Of a DNA stretch of 64,000 nt, positions 47,535 to 61,309 are shown piece after piece. Location of the stretch: the NCBI RefSeq assembly GCF_036365525.1, contig NC_090373.1, positions 85,061,221 through 85,125,220 of the forward strand, read 5' to 3'. Source of the stretch: Heterodontus francisci. Its lineage: Eukaryota. How positions within the stretch are numbered: position 1 is the first letter of the stretch; each line of letters opens with the position of its first letter. The translations under genes and the position numbers were made by a program. The notes below the pieces were generated by a model, which was given only the letters and a program-made list of their open reading frames with translations, was not told where the DNA came from and made no database searches.

Positions 47535-48534
47535 TGTCAGGCAAACCGCCCAGCTGCCACAGCCAAAGACTTGCAGGTTGATAGGTAAATTGGCCATTGT
47601 AAATTGCCCCTAGTGTAGGTAGGTGGTAGTAGAATTGAGGGAAGGTGGGGATGTGGTAGGGAATATGGGATTAATGTAGGATTAGTATAAATAGGTGGTT
47701 GATGGTCAGCACAGACCTGGTGGGCCAAAGGGCCTGTTTCAGTGCTGTATCTCTCTATGACTCTAATGAGGCACACATGATTTCCCCACATGAACATTAA
47801 AACTTAAAATTGCAAGCCCCTGACTGCATAGTAACCGATAGTGTTGGAACAATGAGGATCCAGTCATTGCTTCCCCAATACACAGAAGAAGTGATCAGAC
47901 CAGTTTTGGTCACATGGCTGACTGACTGTTGGAGGTTTTGAATTTGAACTTCCAACAGAGGATTTGAACTCAAAAAAAGCCATCTACTCCCAGTTGGAAC
48001 AGAACCTCCTCTCCAGTCCTGCCTTCCTCCATCTCTTTCCCACAGAACTGAATCTTGTGAAGACACATGAACCTCAAAGAGAGAAAGGTCTCCTACGTGA
48101 ACAAGGTTTAAGAAGAACACTGGGCCCCGATGAACAGCAAGACGACCTACAATCAAGTGAGCTCGAAACACAGTAAACAGGAAACTCTTCTGATATTGCA
48201 CCAAACCCCTCTCTACTATATTTTCCTCTTCTCTTTTCTGTCCCTATTTGCATGTGTGTATCGTGTACGCATGCAAGCGTGGGCGCGCCGTATATCTGTA
48301 GACGATAACCATATTAGAGTTCAAGTTTAAGTTTTAATAAAATTTCATCTTTCTTCTTTAAACCTCAGAAAACATGTGTAAATTGGTTTCTTTGACTTAT
48401 AATTGGAAAGCTGTGAACAAGATTCACAAAGGGGGAGCTCAAAACACGGTGTGTCTAAAATTAAACTCTGCTACAATAAGGCCAGGTGAAGATAGTAACA
48501 AACCCCTAGACACCTTTCTCACCTGGTCATAACA
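47535..48534 (+). mobile_element. Solo LTR (Gmr1-like family) with 5-bp TSD, containing a truncated HE1 SINE
   Basis: TGTCAG...CACCTGGTCATAACA, similar to 55679-56493; TSD CTCTC on both sides; HE1 3' half at ~47557-47764. Confidence 0.85.
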
Positions 48535-49668
48535 CTCTCATACACAAACACATATCCTTTCTGCTTAAAAAATGCTCAATATAGATTTTAGCTCCATGTA
48601 AGGCTTTTCTAGAAGTGCTACCGAACAGAATGAGGTAGGAGCTAATAAAAAAAGTCCATCAGTATACCTGATCAAACAGTACTAACGCATCCTGGAGAAT
48701 TAGGTCCAGTGCACATGCTGAGACTGCACAATCCTGACTCCGTTCACAGAGTTACAGCTCTCAGCAAAAATCCAAACCCAGCCTTAAGCCTTCAAGTAAA
48801 AATTATAATGGAGGCATTAAAAGACATGAAAAGTTAATTCAATGGATAAACTTAATAATGTTATTGTGAAGTTTTTAATTTTGTTTAAACACTGATTTTG
48901 GATATTAGCAATTTTAGTTACTGGCTGCAAAAATAATTCAGAAAGCATTCTGAGCAATTTCCATGAATCCAGGAACTAGATTGCACAATCTCAGGATGGT
49001 ATACTCTAACTATAAAATAGCAGCTAGTCTATGTTACGCAGTTTGGCACCTTTAACATTGCAAATGCCGACAGGAATAACATGAATTTTCAATGAAATGT
49101 GCATCACACATACTCAGTTTAATATATAATAGGTTATATTTTGTTCTATTTTATTGTAATATATTAGAGTAGCAACATTTATGTGTATTGTTCGTTATAT
49201 AGAAAAAAAAACTAGCAAATAATGTGGAGACAAACATCAATTGACTTTCATTGTTTTTGAAAAGAGCTTTACCAAGCTCAGATTCTGACTTTATTTTGAT
49301 ACTGCTGAGAAAATGTATCAGATGATAACAGCCTAAACTGTTCGTAGCTATTATTGTGACCATTTAGTTCCTAACTTGGCCCAATCCTTTAAACAGGTGA
49401 TTTAGATATTAGACCAATCCTCTCCCTACAAATGACCAAAAATTGCTAAATTAAGAATACATTTAGAAAACTGGTGGGGAAAAAAACCCTTCATCAAACA
49501 TTAGAAAAGCCTTAGCTTTCAGTTATTTGGATGTAGCTGAGGCAGCAGAATTAATTATAGGAACATAGGACCAAACATCCTTTTGTAAATTCATGCCACA
49601 AAGCTGAGGTTACAGAAATGACTTATTTATAATCTATTGTAACCTTTAAAACAAACTGAGTGAAACTG

Positions 49669-50000
49669 AGTGGCGCTGTGGTTAGCACTGCAGCCTCACA
49701 GCTCCAGCGACCCGGGTTTGGTTCTGGGTACTGCCGGTGTGGAGTTTGCAAGTTCTCCCTGTGACTGTGTGGGATTCCGCCAGGTGCTCCAGTTCCCTCC
49801 CACAGCCAAAGACTTGCAGGTTGATAGGTAAATTGGCAATTGTAAATTGCCCCTAGTGTAGGTAGGTGGTAGGAGAATGGTGGGGATCTGGTAGGGAATA
49901 TGGGATTAAATTAGGATTAGTGTAAATGGGTGGTTGTTGGTTGGCACAGATTCGGTGGGCTGAAGGGCCTGTTTCAGTGCTGTATCACTCTATGACTCTA
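49669..50000 (+). mobile_element. HE1-type V-SINE
   Basis: Same structure as the other copies; (CTATGACT) tail variant. Confidence 0.88.
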
Positions 50001-52754
50001 ATATGTAATGTTTGAAGAGCTACAGAATTTGACCTTTGGAAATATGAAAGGAAGGTTTTCTCTATGTGCTGTATATAGCAAAATCATAAACTTATTTTTG
50101 CTATACATAGATTCCCACCTCCCACAGAGATTTATATCATGAAAAAATTGTCATTTCAAACATAAGCCATCACAAAGTACCCTTATGACTTTTTTCATTT
50201 AGAACTTTTTTTCAAAATCGGACTTGTGAAGTTGCTACAGGCTTATGTGTTATTTTGAAAATGGGATAGAGATGGCTCTAATCCTGAATTGTTCACCTCT
50301 CACAACCTTTACAGGACAGTAATTATGATAAATCATTCAGAATAGCTGAAAGCTGATCTAAGGGATGTCACTGTAATGAATTGTTTTCTGAAGTTAAAAT
50401 CCATTGGAGAGATGTTGAAATTGGTCTCCCTGGAAGTCCCAGAGATGACGTGGAGGAAATTAATTTAACAATTATTTTATTTATGATCTCCAAGTTGACT
50501 TTTTCATCTCTGCTATATTTTACAATGCCTATGACTGCCTATGGTCTTATGGAACTGGGTAATATTTCAAATGCTACCCTTCAGCAGAAGTCCCTACATT
50601 ACCATACAATTTGCATGGAAGTGAATATTCAGTATGTGGATATCACCACATCTCCAAATATACTAGAAATACAAAAATACAACTTTTCAGAAAGCAAGTT
50701 CTATCACAGATGCGGCTGTGTTGGCAATGGAACACTGGGGGATTAAATATAGACCTTACAGCCAATTATATTCACATCAAATTACATTCTTCATTTGAAA
50801 AAAACAACTGCTATAACACACAAAGGGGTAAATAATTCATTAATTTACTCATTCACTGACTGTTGTGTTTTTTCCAGCATTTCTTAAAATTGCAATAAAA
50901 TCAAAGTCTACAGAAAAATGTAACGCCCATTATCAGAGACATGTTACTGGCATTTAATCTCTGGGAAAAATAAAGATTGATGCAAGAAATATTCTTTTTT
51001 CATAAGGATATAAGTCCAATTCTAAACAAATTACTAAAACATCAATAATAAAGAAGAATTTGGACAACCCAAGGGTAACCCATCTTTCAATCACAAGGTC
51101 ATAAGTTTCATTCCAAGGCCGTCTGTCATTCGTTGAGCAAGTTCAGTCAGTTCTTAGCTAGGTTGCTAGACAGAGTTCTTCAAGATATAACAGCAGGGGT
51201 TTGAATAAACTGCTTACATCTGACCCATTCAATTTGAATCTAACCTTCTGTCCAGTAATTATGAAAGGCATTGATGGGAATCAGGAAGCCTCTCAGCTGG
51301 AAGAAAATATGGGTGACAAACAACTCAAGGAGGAAGGAAAATCAAGGGTATATGTCTCTCTTACAACAATCCAAATTTCTAGCTGTTCATGGCTATCACT
51401 TTCTCAATCGTTTTAGTTTGTGCCATGTATCTAATCATTTTGATAAATTAGGTATATGTGATTATTTATAATTGTTACTTGTACATTGGTAGAGTTAAAT
51501 TTATTTATTTAAACCCTCACTAATTTGGTCCATGTCCAAAATCCTTAACCTTTATTACATTGCTATGAGTGATAAATTTTGGCACAAACAGAGCAATTTG
51601 TTTTGTTGACTGAACTGCTACTCTTGACAAAATAAATCAAGTGCAAAGTGTACATCTGGAAGTTTTTGAGCCATTGCTTTTTTGAGTTACTTTGTAGTAG
51701 CGGTAACACATCTTCCAGATTTATTTGTGCAACTAGACCATATGTATAATCTTTCCCTTTCATCTCACAAAGGAAAATTTCTTTCAAGCATTTATAGGAG
51801 ATATAATTATCTTTTGAAAGGACATACATACATTCATCTAATGAAACTGATAGAATGACTATAAAGATAGATCTTTCTTATTTATGATAAACAAAATTAG
51901 AATATATTTAGACAATGCACTATTGTGATGATAAAATAGGCAAACTTCAAATTTGTATTAAGCTTCTTGACAAAAATAACATAAAATAAATGAAATGCCA
52001 ATTAAGGGTGAAAACATAATAATGGCATTTTTGTCTTTAATCCCTTGGTGTTCATGAAATCACTGCATGTGATATATTCATCACACAAGGTCTCAGCTGT
52101 GAAAAGGTTTTATGTGTATCTGAAGAAGGCGTGGACTACAATTTAATTTGGTTACTTTTAATTTATTTTACACCCTGATTTTAGCATTTAATTGCTGATG
52201 TCACTTCTTAGGTTTCTCTTGTACCATTACTGATTTGAGCCATTTGAGTTAGACTGAATTTTTTTTTCTACCAAGAATTGTGGGCAATTTAGTCCTCAAG
52301 TTTAGTCTGAATTTCTAGGCTGTTGCCTGGAATGCAATTGGTCAGGGTTCAATAATATAGATAGTAACTTGAGGACATCAATCCAAAATTTCATTTATTA
52401 CCATTTGTGGAAGCGGGGGGATAGGGAGAATTTTTGCAGTTATCTTTCCTTAGAGGTTTTACCTGTACATATTTGCTTCGGTCAGAAGATTAAAGAACTT
52501 TGTAATTAATGGGAGTGAAAATTGTGCCTGGGTCATTGGAATGGGCCAATAAACTGAATTTTCTTTTCCTTTTCAATCTTTCCTATGTTCTTTTTGGTAC
52601 ATATTGATGTAATCCATGTGAAATGAGAAATAGAACAAACTCAAGTAAATGTTCTACTGCAGTTGCACATTACTCCTGATCTATAACAAAACTTTCATTT
52701 ATTATAGTACCTCGTCATATCAAAATAACTCAAAGTACTTCAGTATTGCTGAAA

Positions 52755-52995
52755 ATAGAGACATGTTGTCGAAGCTTTTCGTCTTGCACTCATCAGGACA
52801 ATTGCAAGAATAACCAATGTAAGGGAAAACAACAACGTATACTGCATGAGAAGAGAGTGCTGATTGGTTGGCAAGTGAACTCTGATTGGTAGAGGCATTG
52901 CCATGGCAAATGCACCAGTCTACAGTGACTGACAGTTAACTGCCAAGCTTTATTTAAAATTTAAACCAGGCAGCTTGACTCTGATTGGTCAAGCC
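52755..52995 (-). mobile_element. Penelope-like pseudo-LTR fragment carrying the hammerhead
   Basis: Three CCAAT boxes (CTGATTGG) lie upstream of the ribozyme on the minus strand. The family assignment is inferred from the known association of minimal hammerheads with Penelope-like elements. Confidence 0.5.
52766..52801 (-). ncRNA. Minimal type I hammerhead ribozyme (Penelope-type)
   Basis: Minus strand TTGTC-CTGATGA-GT-GCAAG-AC-GAAA-AGCT-TC-GACAA: intact CUGAUGA/GAAA/UH core, 5-bp stem I, short stem II, palindromic AGCT stem III. Confidence 0.78.
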
Positions 52996-52997
52996 AG

Positions 52998-55900
52998 TGT
53001 TAGAAGCAGACCCAGACAGGGTATTGCTAACAAAGTTACAATTGGAACAAAGGAAACTTGAATTAGAGGAAAGAGAGAGTGAGAGGCAGGACAGGGAGAG
53101 ACAGCCTTCCAGAAGGAATGTGAAGATATAGAGAGGAGAGGGGGAAAGAGAAACAGGAGAAGGAACGAGAGAGAGAGGAGAGAGAGAGAGAGAAAGAATA
53201 TTCCAGAAAGAATCTCAAAAAAGAAAGCTGAAGTGGCTTGAGTTAACTAGGGGGCAACAGAGTAACCCCAGTGAAAGCTTGGCCAATATGGAGGAGCATA
53301 ATTCAGGGCTGGGTACAAAATTGCTAAAACTTGATCTACTAATTCCAAAATTCAATGAGGATGATGTGGGGGCATTTTTGTATCTTTTGAGAAACTGACA
53401 AGACAGCTAAAATGGCCAGCTGGACCTGGTCTCTTTTACTACAAAGCAAGCTAACTGGAAAAGCCCATGAGGTTTATTCCTTGTTGCCAGATGAGAGTTC
53501 ATCAAATTATGAACTGACCAAAAATGCTATTCTTGCGGCATATGAATTAGTACCCGAAGACTGTCGCCAAAAGTTTAGAACCCTCAAAAAGCAAGCTAAT
53601 CAAACTTGTCGGGAGTTTGAAAGAAGTAATCAGCTGCCTTTTGACCAGTGGCTGATGGCTCTTAAAATACAGTTCAGCTATGAGAATCTCAGGGAAGGAG
53701 TCCTGTTAGAGGAATTTTAAAACGCTCTCCCATTCTCAATAAAAACCCTGTAGAGAAGCAGCAAGTCCAGAGAGCCCGGCAAGTGCGGGCTAATGAGTTT
53801 GCTTTCATTTATAAGTCGGTTTCCCGGGGAGAACCATTCCTAATCACCACCACAAATCCAAAAGGGACAAAGGGTGGGAAGTTGATAGAAGCCCAGCCAG
53901 TCCTGGGAGAGAAAGGAAAGCAGGAGTCACAGGGGGCCCTCCTCCAGCCAAAAAGGAAGGTGCTGTGAGCAAGAGTGAGACCTGGAGACCTGTGTGCTTC
54001 CATTGTAATAAGGCAGGGCATTTAAAAGCTGACTGCTGGAAACTAAAGGGTAAACCAGTAGGGTTAATCAGGGCACACCCACTCAGTGAAGATGGGAATC
54101 TGATGGAAAGCACAGAACAAGCTGTGGCTTTAACTGCAGTAAGAGTGCAACCCAGGAAGCTTACTATGGCCGGGGCAGGAAAAGTTAATAGGATTCCTGA
54201 AAGTTATTAGGGATTTGTGTCTGAAGGGAAAGTAACCCCATACCCCTCGAGTGGGACAAGCAAGCCCATAGTGATTCTCAGGGACACAGGGGCCACTAGA
54301 TCCCTTTTACCGGGAAAAGGCCTGACCTTTCCCCCAGAGAGTGCACAGAAAACAAAAATGGTGGTGAATGGTATTGGAGGGTAGTGTATGCCTGTACTTG
54401 TACACTGAGTGCACCTGGAATGCGACCTAGTTTTGGGACAGATGACTGTAGGGATTGTCCCTAGTTTGCCTGTGGACAGGGTTGACCTGCTCCTGAGTAA
54501 TGATCTGGTGGGGGTGAAGGTGGTAGCTCCCCCAGTAGTGAAAGAAAAACCACAGGAGGTCAGAGAGACAGGGCCGTGGCAGGAGACAGTCCCCTGCAGT
54601 TCCCCAGAATGTTCAGCGGATCAGGCCATGATCAAACCAGCTCCCCCAGAGGAGACTGAATTAGCACCGCAGGCAGATGACCATGAGGTCTGCCTTTCCA
54701 AGACTTTCTTTGGAATGTTAGGAGACTGGCCAAAACTCCACAAAGATGTGGTGGAGTACTGCAGGAGCTGCCACATGTGCCAGGTTGAGGGGAAACACCA
54801 ACCTACAGTGAAACCTGCACCCCTAAGTCCTGCACCGGTTTTAGGAGGACACCTCCCCTCCCCCAGCAGAGGGCTGGTGAACTGTAAGGGAACCCCGCCA
54901 AGAACAAAAGGGGACAGGCAGGCACACATCTGGCAAAAGTTTAGAAAGAGAAGGGGAAAATCTGACCAAGAGGGCAGGTTAAAGGAAGTCCGGGAGGAAT
55001 CCTGGAGGAAAACCCCTACTGTCCGGTCAGCCAACCCTGAAAAATTTGAAAAGTTAGACCCCGCATCCTCCTACATAAATGCAGACTCTAGAAGCACCCC
55101 ACCAGAGTTGCTAACAGCATTTACAGGAACCTGCAGAGAGAAAGAGAGACCTCTATGGGGCACAAAAACCATGAGGGTGATGCTTCACCAAGTCGAAGTG
55201 CCACAGAAGAGTGCAGTCAAGTCTGCACAAATACCTACATGTAGGAGTGTCCCAGAGAACAAAGGGGAGATTAACAAAGAATCTTCCCCCATGTCAGAGA
55301 AAAAGGGAACCACCCATCCCCTGAAGTCAAAAGCCGTTGCATGACTCAGCAAAGCACTGAAAGAGAGTTCACGATAGACCCGCCCACTACTAAATCTCCT
55401 GGGGAAGAAAAATGGCCTCAACAGAACCAAGACCATAGGCAGTCATGGCAATGGGTAAACTGAAGAAAAGCATACCCAAATAACCACATGGTTACTGGGA
55501 TACCAAAAAGGGGAAATTAAAGCAGCACTGGCACCCAGAAAAGTCAATTTTAATAAGTTTTAGGATTCATGAATGAATAAAAATGAATGAGAGAAATGCA
55601 TGTTTTTTCTTTCTGTATCTTATATTTCTCTCAAGCCTTTTTTTTTCAAATCGCATTTCATTCCCCTGGATGTGGGGGTGTCATGCAGGCCCCCACCTGC
55701 CAAGAATGAGGCACATATATTTCACCACATGGACCTTACATTTTAAAATTGTTGCTGGGAAGAAAAGAAGGACTGTTACAAGGGGTTGCCAAGCCCCTGG
55801 CTGGAAAGACATTTTTTGCATATTAGCAGACAGTGTTGGAACAAAGGGACCAGTTCCTGCTCCCCAATATACAGAGGAGACCTGCTGGCCAACTAGGGTA

Positions 55901-56493
55901 GTTTTTAATTGGAGAAACAGTGTTTGAACTCAGAAAGCTCCTAGCTCCTGGATTGAGAACATCTCTCTCCTGTCTGCTCTCATCTCTCTCACCAGCTTCA
56001 GAATCCATTGAAGTCATATGAACCACAAGACAGAAAAGTCTCCTACAGTGAACAAGGTTTAAGTAGAACACTGGGCCCCAACGAAAAGCAAGATCTACCT
56101 ACAAGCAAGGACAACAGTGAGCTCAAAGCACAATAACAAAAACCCCTCTTCAGAGATTGCCAAACCTCTCCACTTTATTTTTCTTCTGCTCTTTTCTGTC
56201 TCTATTTGCATGTGCGTATCACATATGCATGCTAGTATGGGGCGCAGCATGTATCTGTAGGCGTTAACTGAATTAGAGTTTAAGTTTAAGTTTTAATAAT
56301 TTCACTTTTCTTCTTTAAACCTAAGAAAGCTTGTTTATGCTCATTTCTTTGCCTTATAATTGGAAAGCGGTGAACAAGGATTCACCAAGGGGGAACTAAA
56401 ACACAGTGTGTTTAAAAACAAAACCCTGTTACAGTAAGACCAGGTGAAGGCTGAAAGGGAACCTCTATATTTCTCTCTCACCTGGTCGTAACA
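52998..56493 (+). mobile_element. 5'-truncated, internally deleted Gmr1-like Gypsy element with SCAN-like gag and 3' LTR
   Basis: WSLLLQSKLTGKAHEVY...ILAAYELVPEDCRQKFR...LLEEF (53412-53720), CFHCNKAGHLKADC knuckle, protease VILRDTGA (~54270), integrase zinc-finger remnant WPKLHKDVVEYCRSCHMCQ. Polypurine-rich tract, then LTR 55679-56493. Confidence 0.85.
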
Positions 56494-57397
56494 AAGTGCT
56501 CTGGACCAAATTAAGAGTTGTAAAATAAAAACTGACAAGTTGGATTTTTGACATTTCGCCAGGTAAATGTATCCTTAATTACTAGCTAGCAACTATTGAT
56601 TTGTCACATTGGAAGTAGACAAGTTAATCTCTGCTATCACGAGATTTAGCTTGTGTACTTTCAACACTTAATTTTTTTCAAATTAATTTTAATTCAGCTG
56701 TTACTCAGTACTGTTTAAAACAATTTGACATGAATAGTTTAAACTTCTAACCAGCTAAATGTCTAATTTCAAATAACATTCAAATTGACATGGCCTCAGT
56801 GGAAAGTTTCGGCATTTGATGGAGCAACATGGGACCAGTGATTCACGTTAGAGGGAGTAGGGGGAGCAATAGAAGGAAGAGAAAATATTGGCAGAACCAG
56901 TCTTCCATATGGTTTCCCTCACCAATATGCTTTACTGAAGACCAACATCAAACCAAACAAACACAAAATTAAACAAACTTTACTCTTTTATCAGCTGTCA
57001 GGACATGAATTAAAGTTGAAATAACTTACAGTTGCTACATAATTATATTTTCCCATGTCTGCAAAATATGTATTTTCCCCTTGGCATTCATTTCAAAATA
57101 TTTAACTTGAAGATCCTTTTGAATAATAAGTATTTTTTGTCCTTATGGGACTGACCACCACTCATCACTCTTGATTTTTTGTCATTCAAGGCCAGTAACA
57201 TGTGGACCATGAGTGCATAAATCACATATCATTCAAACTGATCTCTGCTCTAAACAAAGGCCCAGTTTTCTCACAGCAAAGCTTCAAAGCTGCTACTTTG
57301 CACAGAGGAAAGAGCTATGATGCACTGGTGAATTCCTGCTGTAGTATAAGGGTCTGAAAGGGTTAATGTTTGAGACAGTGAGAGTAACCCCTCCCAC

Positions 57398-59745
57398 TGT
57401 AGTGGTGATGATGATGTAATAGTCACATGGGTAATAGGCCAGGAAGAAGCAAAAAGCATCATGAGAGGTGCTAGCAATACATGCTTAAGGAGAGTGTATA
57501 TAGTTATGTAAATACAATAAACAAGTTATTATTTAGACATACACAGACTCCAAGAATTCTGTAGTCAAAGCTTGACCTAGCATCTTAAATGCTATTAACA
57601 ATATACAACATGGTGGCAACAGTGAACATACCCAAAGAATATTGAAAGACCTAACCTGGTACAGTAGTGCCAAGAAGACTGCAGATCTCATCGGGAGACT
57701 GCGAAGAGCTCCAAAACTGCCTAGTAGCCAAAGGAAGACACGGACAGTTGGTGAGTCAGCTGCACAGTCATTCAGGCTGCACACAGAAACGTGGTGGTCT
57801 GTGAGAAGAATCCAGAACCAAGCGACGGTCAGGTATCAACTGAGAAACCTTTTGAAAAGGGTAGAAACATTGTCTATTGGCGCACTGGGCAGGCAAAATG
57901 GGGAGAAAAGCTGATCCCTCACAAAGGGTGGGTCCAGAGTTGGTGGCCATTACTCGAGCACACCGCGAAGCCAAAGCACAGGAAACCTCCACAAAGTGCG
58001 GCAACTCCCGAAGAGTGGGAAAACTCTGACAACCTCCATTAAAGTAACAAAAATTTATATATAGTAAGGGAACACCCTAAAGAATTTACCGAAGGATGGA
58101 TTCAAAATACACAATTGTTCTATGTGGAGAAAAAGATTTTTAAGGTTTAGAATAGCTTCTCTGCTACACACCAAATCTGAAGTAGAGCAAGTAAATACTA
58201 TACTCCGTGGGTGCAATTGTTGATGACGTGATCGTAAGACAAGGCATCAATGAGGCTTAAGACAAGTTTGATGATGTTTTACAAGCCTTCAATAAATAAT
58301 TCAAGAAGCATTAACATCCTTGAAAGAGCAAAGTTTAATAAAAGGATCCAGAAACTGGGCGAATGAGTGGACGCTTTCATTAATGATTTGTACAGATTGT
58401 CTGAGGGATGTGAGTACGGAGAACTGAAGTCTGAGTTGATAACGGACTAAATAGTAGTGGGAATAGCTAACGGGTCTTTATCAGATCACTTACAGTCAAA
58501 AGATGACTTCACCCTCGAGAAAGCGATTCAGATGATGCGACAGACAGAGGTCAGAAGAAAAAATAGAGCCATCCTGCAGGCTGAAGAGAAGTCTTGAGCC
58601 AGAAAAAATCTGATGACTGTACAGTTCCTAAAGCCCAGGACAGAAAAGCAATCTCCAGAGAAGAAGGTACACTCAGGTTGGAAGGTGCTTGATGCCATGA
58701 AACCCTGCCAGCACTGTGGCAGCAAAAAGACCCACAGGTGCAAACAGTGTCCTGGTAGTAAAGTAGAATGCTTTAATTGCAAAAAGACAGGCCATTTCAG
58801 AAAGGTGTGTCAGAGCAAAACACTTTCTTACAAATATGTCAAACATAAAGGCTTGAATTTTATGCCACCCCAACGAGCTGGATGGTGGCGGGGGTGTGTC
58901 TTGAAATTGAGCAGGAGGCTCCGGAAGGCTTTCCCAACCTGCTCCCGCCTCCGCCCCACCTTACATGGGCCAGGGGCGGGGCGAGAAACGGACCATCGCC
59001 CCAGGCCAATCAAGGCCCTTAAGTGGCCACTTAAGGGCCTTCGCCCGCCTCCACGGGGATTTTACCCGTGGAAAGTGGGCGTCTGGGAGACGTGAAAGGC
59101 CGCCCAGTGAAACCTGGTGGCCTCTTGATGCACCAGGGTGGGAGGGGCCCACACAAATGGGCACAGGGTGCCCGATTCAGGGCTGCCCCCACTTTCCCAA
59201 CCACCCCCAGGACCCGAGAATCCCCCCTTCCCCCCACACAACCACCCTTTCCTCGCCGGGATGCGACCGATCACACCGGCGAGGCAAACCAAACTTACCT
59301 GTAGTCCTGGCTCCATGTCGTCAGCTGGGCTGCAGTCCCAGCAATGGCCACCGCTCCCAGTGGCGCTGCTGGGGACAAAGAGCTGCCGACCCGATGATTG
59401 GCCGGCAGCTCAATGAGGCGGGACTTCCTCCCTCAAGCACATGGACGTCCCGCCTCGGAACAATTAAAGCCCGGGGACCCATAAAATCCAGCACAAAGTC
59501 TTCACACACAGAGCTGTGAATGAAGTAAAACAACTTCCATTGGAAGATAAACCAGCGGATTTCCCAGGGGAAATTAATGACCCCAATCAGGAATTCTGAA
59601 TGGCAGACATTTATGTCAATGGACATATTACTAATTACAAATTGGACACAGGTGCAAGTGTCACAGTGTTGTCAGACCAAGAGCCGTGGTTGTTGACGCA
59701 TTGTTTGCAACCAGCAGACAGTCAGTTACAAGGTTCATAGAGGAG
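57398..59745 (+). mobile_element. 3'-truncated Gypsy element (5' LTR, PBS, gag, protease)
   Basis: LTR 57398-57610 (TGT...ACA), tRNA-Leu-like PBS TGGTGGCAACAGTG, CFNCKKTGHFRKVC knuckle, protease YKLDTGASVTVL (~59635-59670). Confidence 0.85.
58849..59494. mobile_element. GC-rich MITE inserted between gag and protease
   Basis: TIRs GGCTTGAATTTTATG / CATAAAATCCAGC; internal blocks shared with the other MITEs. Confidence 0.78.
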
Positions 59746-60235
59746 AAAGGTGAAATGATTAAGAATGATTGTTTTGAACTTTTTTTGGCATATAACATTT
59801 GGATACTTAAAAAGAACTAATCTTTGGTTCCAGGAAACATGGATACTTATCTCACTCCCCCTTTCCCCACACCTCCCCCTTCCACCCCATACCACGCTCC
59901 AACTGAAGTCAGAAATCAGCCACATACTCATTCCAACTGCAGCAGATGTAAAGTATCAGTAGAGCATCAGAGCTCTGACTTGGCCCTTCTACAAGACTTA
60001 TCGGAAATGAAATTAAGTCCTAACATTAAAGTACCAGGAACTAATTGCTAATCTTCCCTCCATATCCTCCTGTTGTGACTTCCAAAAGAGATTAACTAGG
60101 TAATAAAATGAAAAAGAGTAGAAAATTAATAATACAGTTGTAAGATTATTCACACAAAAAATGCCTTGAACAAAAGACTGAAAGATCATTGTTCATCATT
60201 TTAAAAAATATTCATGTAAACAAGGATGCTAACTA

Positions 60236-60500
60236 TACATAGGAACAGGAGTATGCCATTTAGCCCCTCAAACTTAGCCCGCAGTGAAATCATGGCTGAT
60301 CTGTGAGCAAACTCCATCTATCCACATTTGCTCCATATCCCTTAATACCTTTGGTTAACAAAAATCTATCAATTTCCAGTTTAAAGTTAACAGTTGGCCT
60401 CGCACCAGCTGCTATTGGCTGAAAAAAAGTTCCAGACTTCTACCACCCTTTGGGTGTAGAAGGATTTCCTATCTTCGCTCCTGAATAGCCTAGCTCTAAC
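60236..60500 (-). mobile_element. CR1 3' UTR fragment
   Basis: Similar to 20716-20990 (ACATAGGAACAGGAGTA...CCATTTAGCCCC...AATACCTTTGGTTAACAAAAATCTATCAA). Confidence 0.8.
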
Positions 60501-61309
60501 CTAAAAGTGTAAAGTGGGTATGAGTTATATTTCAAAGTACCTCCCATGTTAGGCCCAATAAACAAGGTATTGAGGATATGAATGTCAGATAAACTTTAGA
60601 ATTATACAAAAATAAAACTGTTTCATTTACCCTGAGGTTCCAAAGATTTAACTTTCTGGCCAAACATTATTACCCTGATATTTACTGGAAGGGAGTAGGG
60701 GGTGGGCTTTGTTGCATTGTTAGGGTAGGGGTTTTGTAGCAGTCGGGAAAGCGGGAAATGTGTGAAATGTGGAGGTCTTGGCAAGTTATACAGCAAGACC
60801 ACATTTCAAGTTTTTTCTCAATTTCCTGGCTAAAAGCCAGCCAGATTGAAAGGCTGACTGGCTGTTGGGTGGAGAAGGAGGGAGGGAGAGATTATAGATC
60901 ACATCGCTGGTGGGTGGGTGCAGGGAGGAAGGGATTTGTGGGTCAGGGAGGAGGTAGTGGATCAGGTGGGAGATTGTAGGTTGGGGAGAGAGCATGGGTC
61001 CAGGTGACAGGTTGGGGTTGGGAGGGGAGATCATGGGTCACAAGGGGAGAGATCATGAGTTGGGTGGTAGATCGTGGGTCAGGGTTGAAGCAAACATTGG
61101 GGAAGGGAATGTGTCATGGGGAGGGAATTAGGCTAGCTTAGGAGGCCTGGGAGGAACCACTCCTGCTCCTCCTGGCCCACAAGCAGTGCTGGAAAGGGAC
61201 TTACCTGCTGGATCTGGCAGTTCTCGCTTCCCTTCATCTGCTCGTCCCGAGCCCTGGGAAGCCTGATCTTCAACCATTAAATCTAAAAAGCTGATAAAAT
61301 CTGAGGTCT

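Noticed and set aside
50381-51829. AT-rich ORFs of 66-121 aa as host exons
   Set aside because: No recognisable domain and no convincing paired splice signals.
58613-59626. Dense overlapping ORFs in GC-rich segments (also 43545-44462, 40433-40669)
   Set aside because: Stop-poor MITE sequence; the only real homology is the Gypsy zinc knuckle before 58849.
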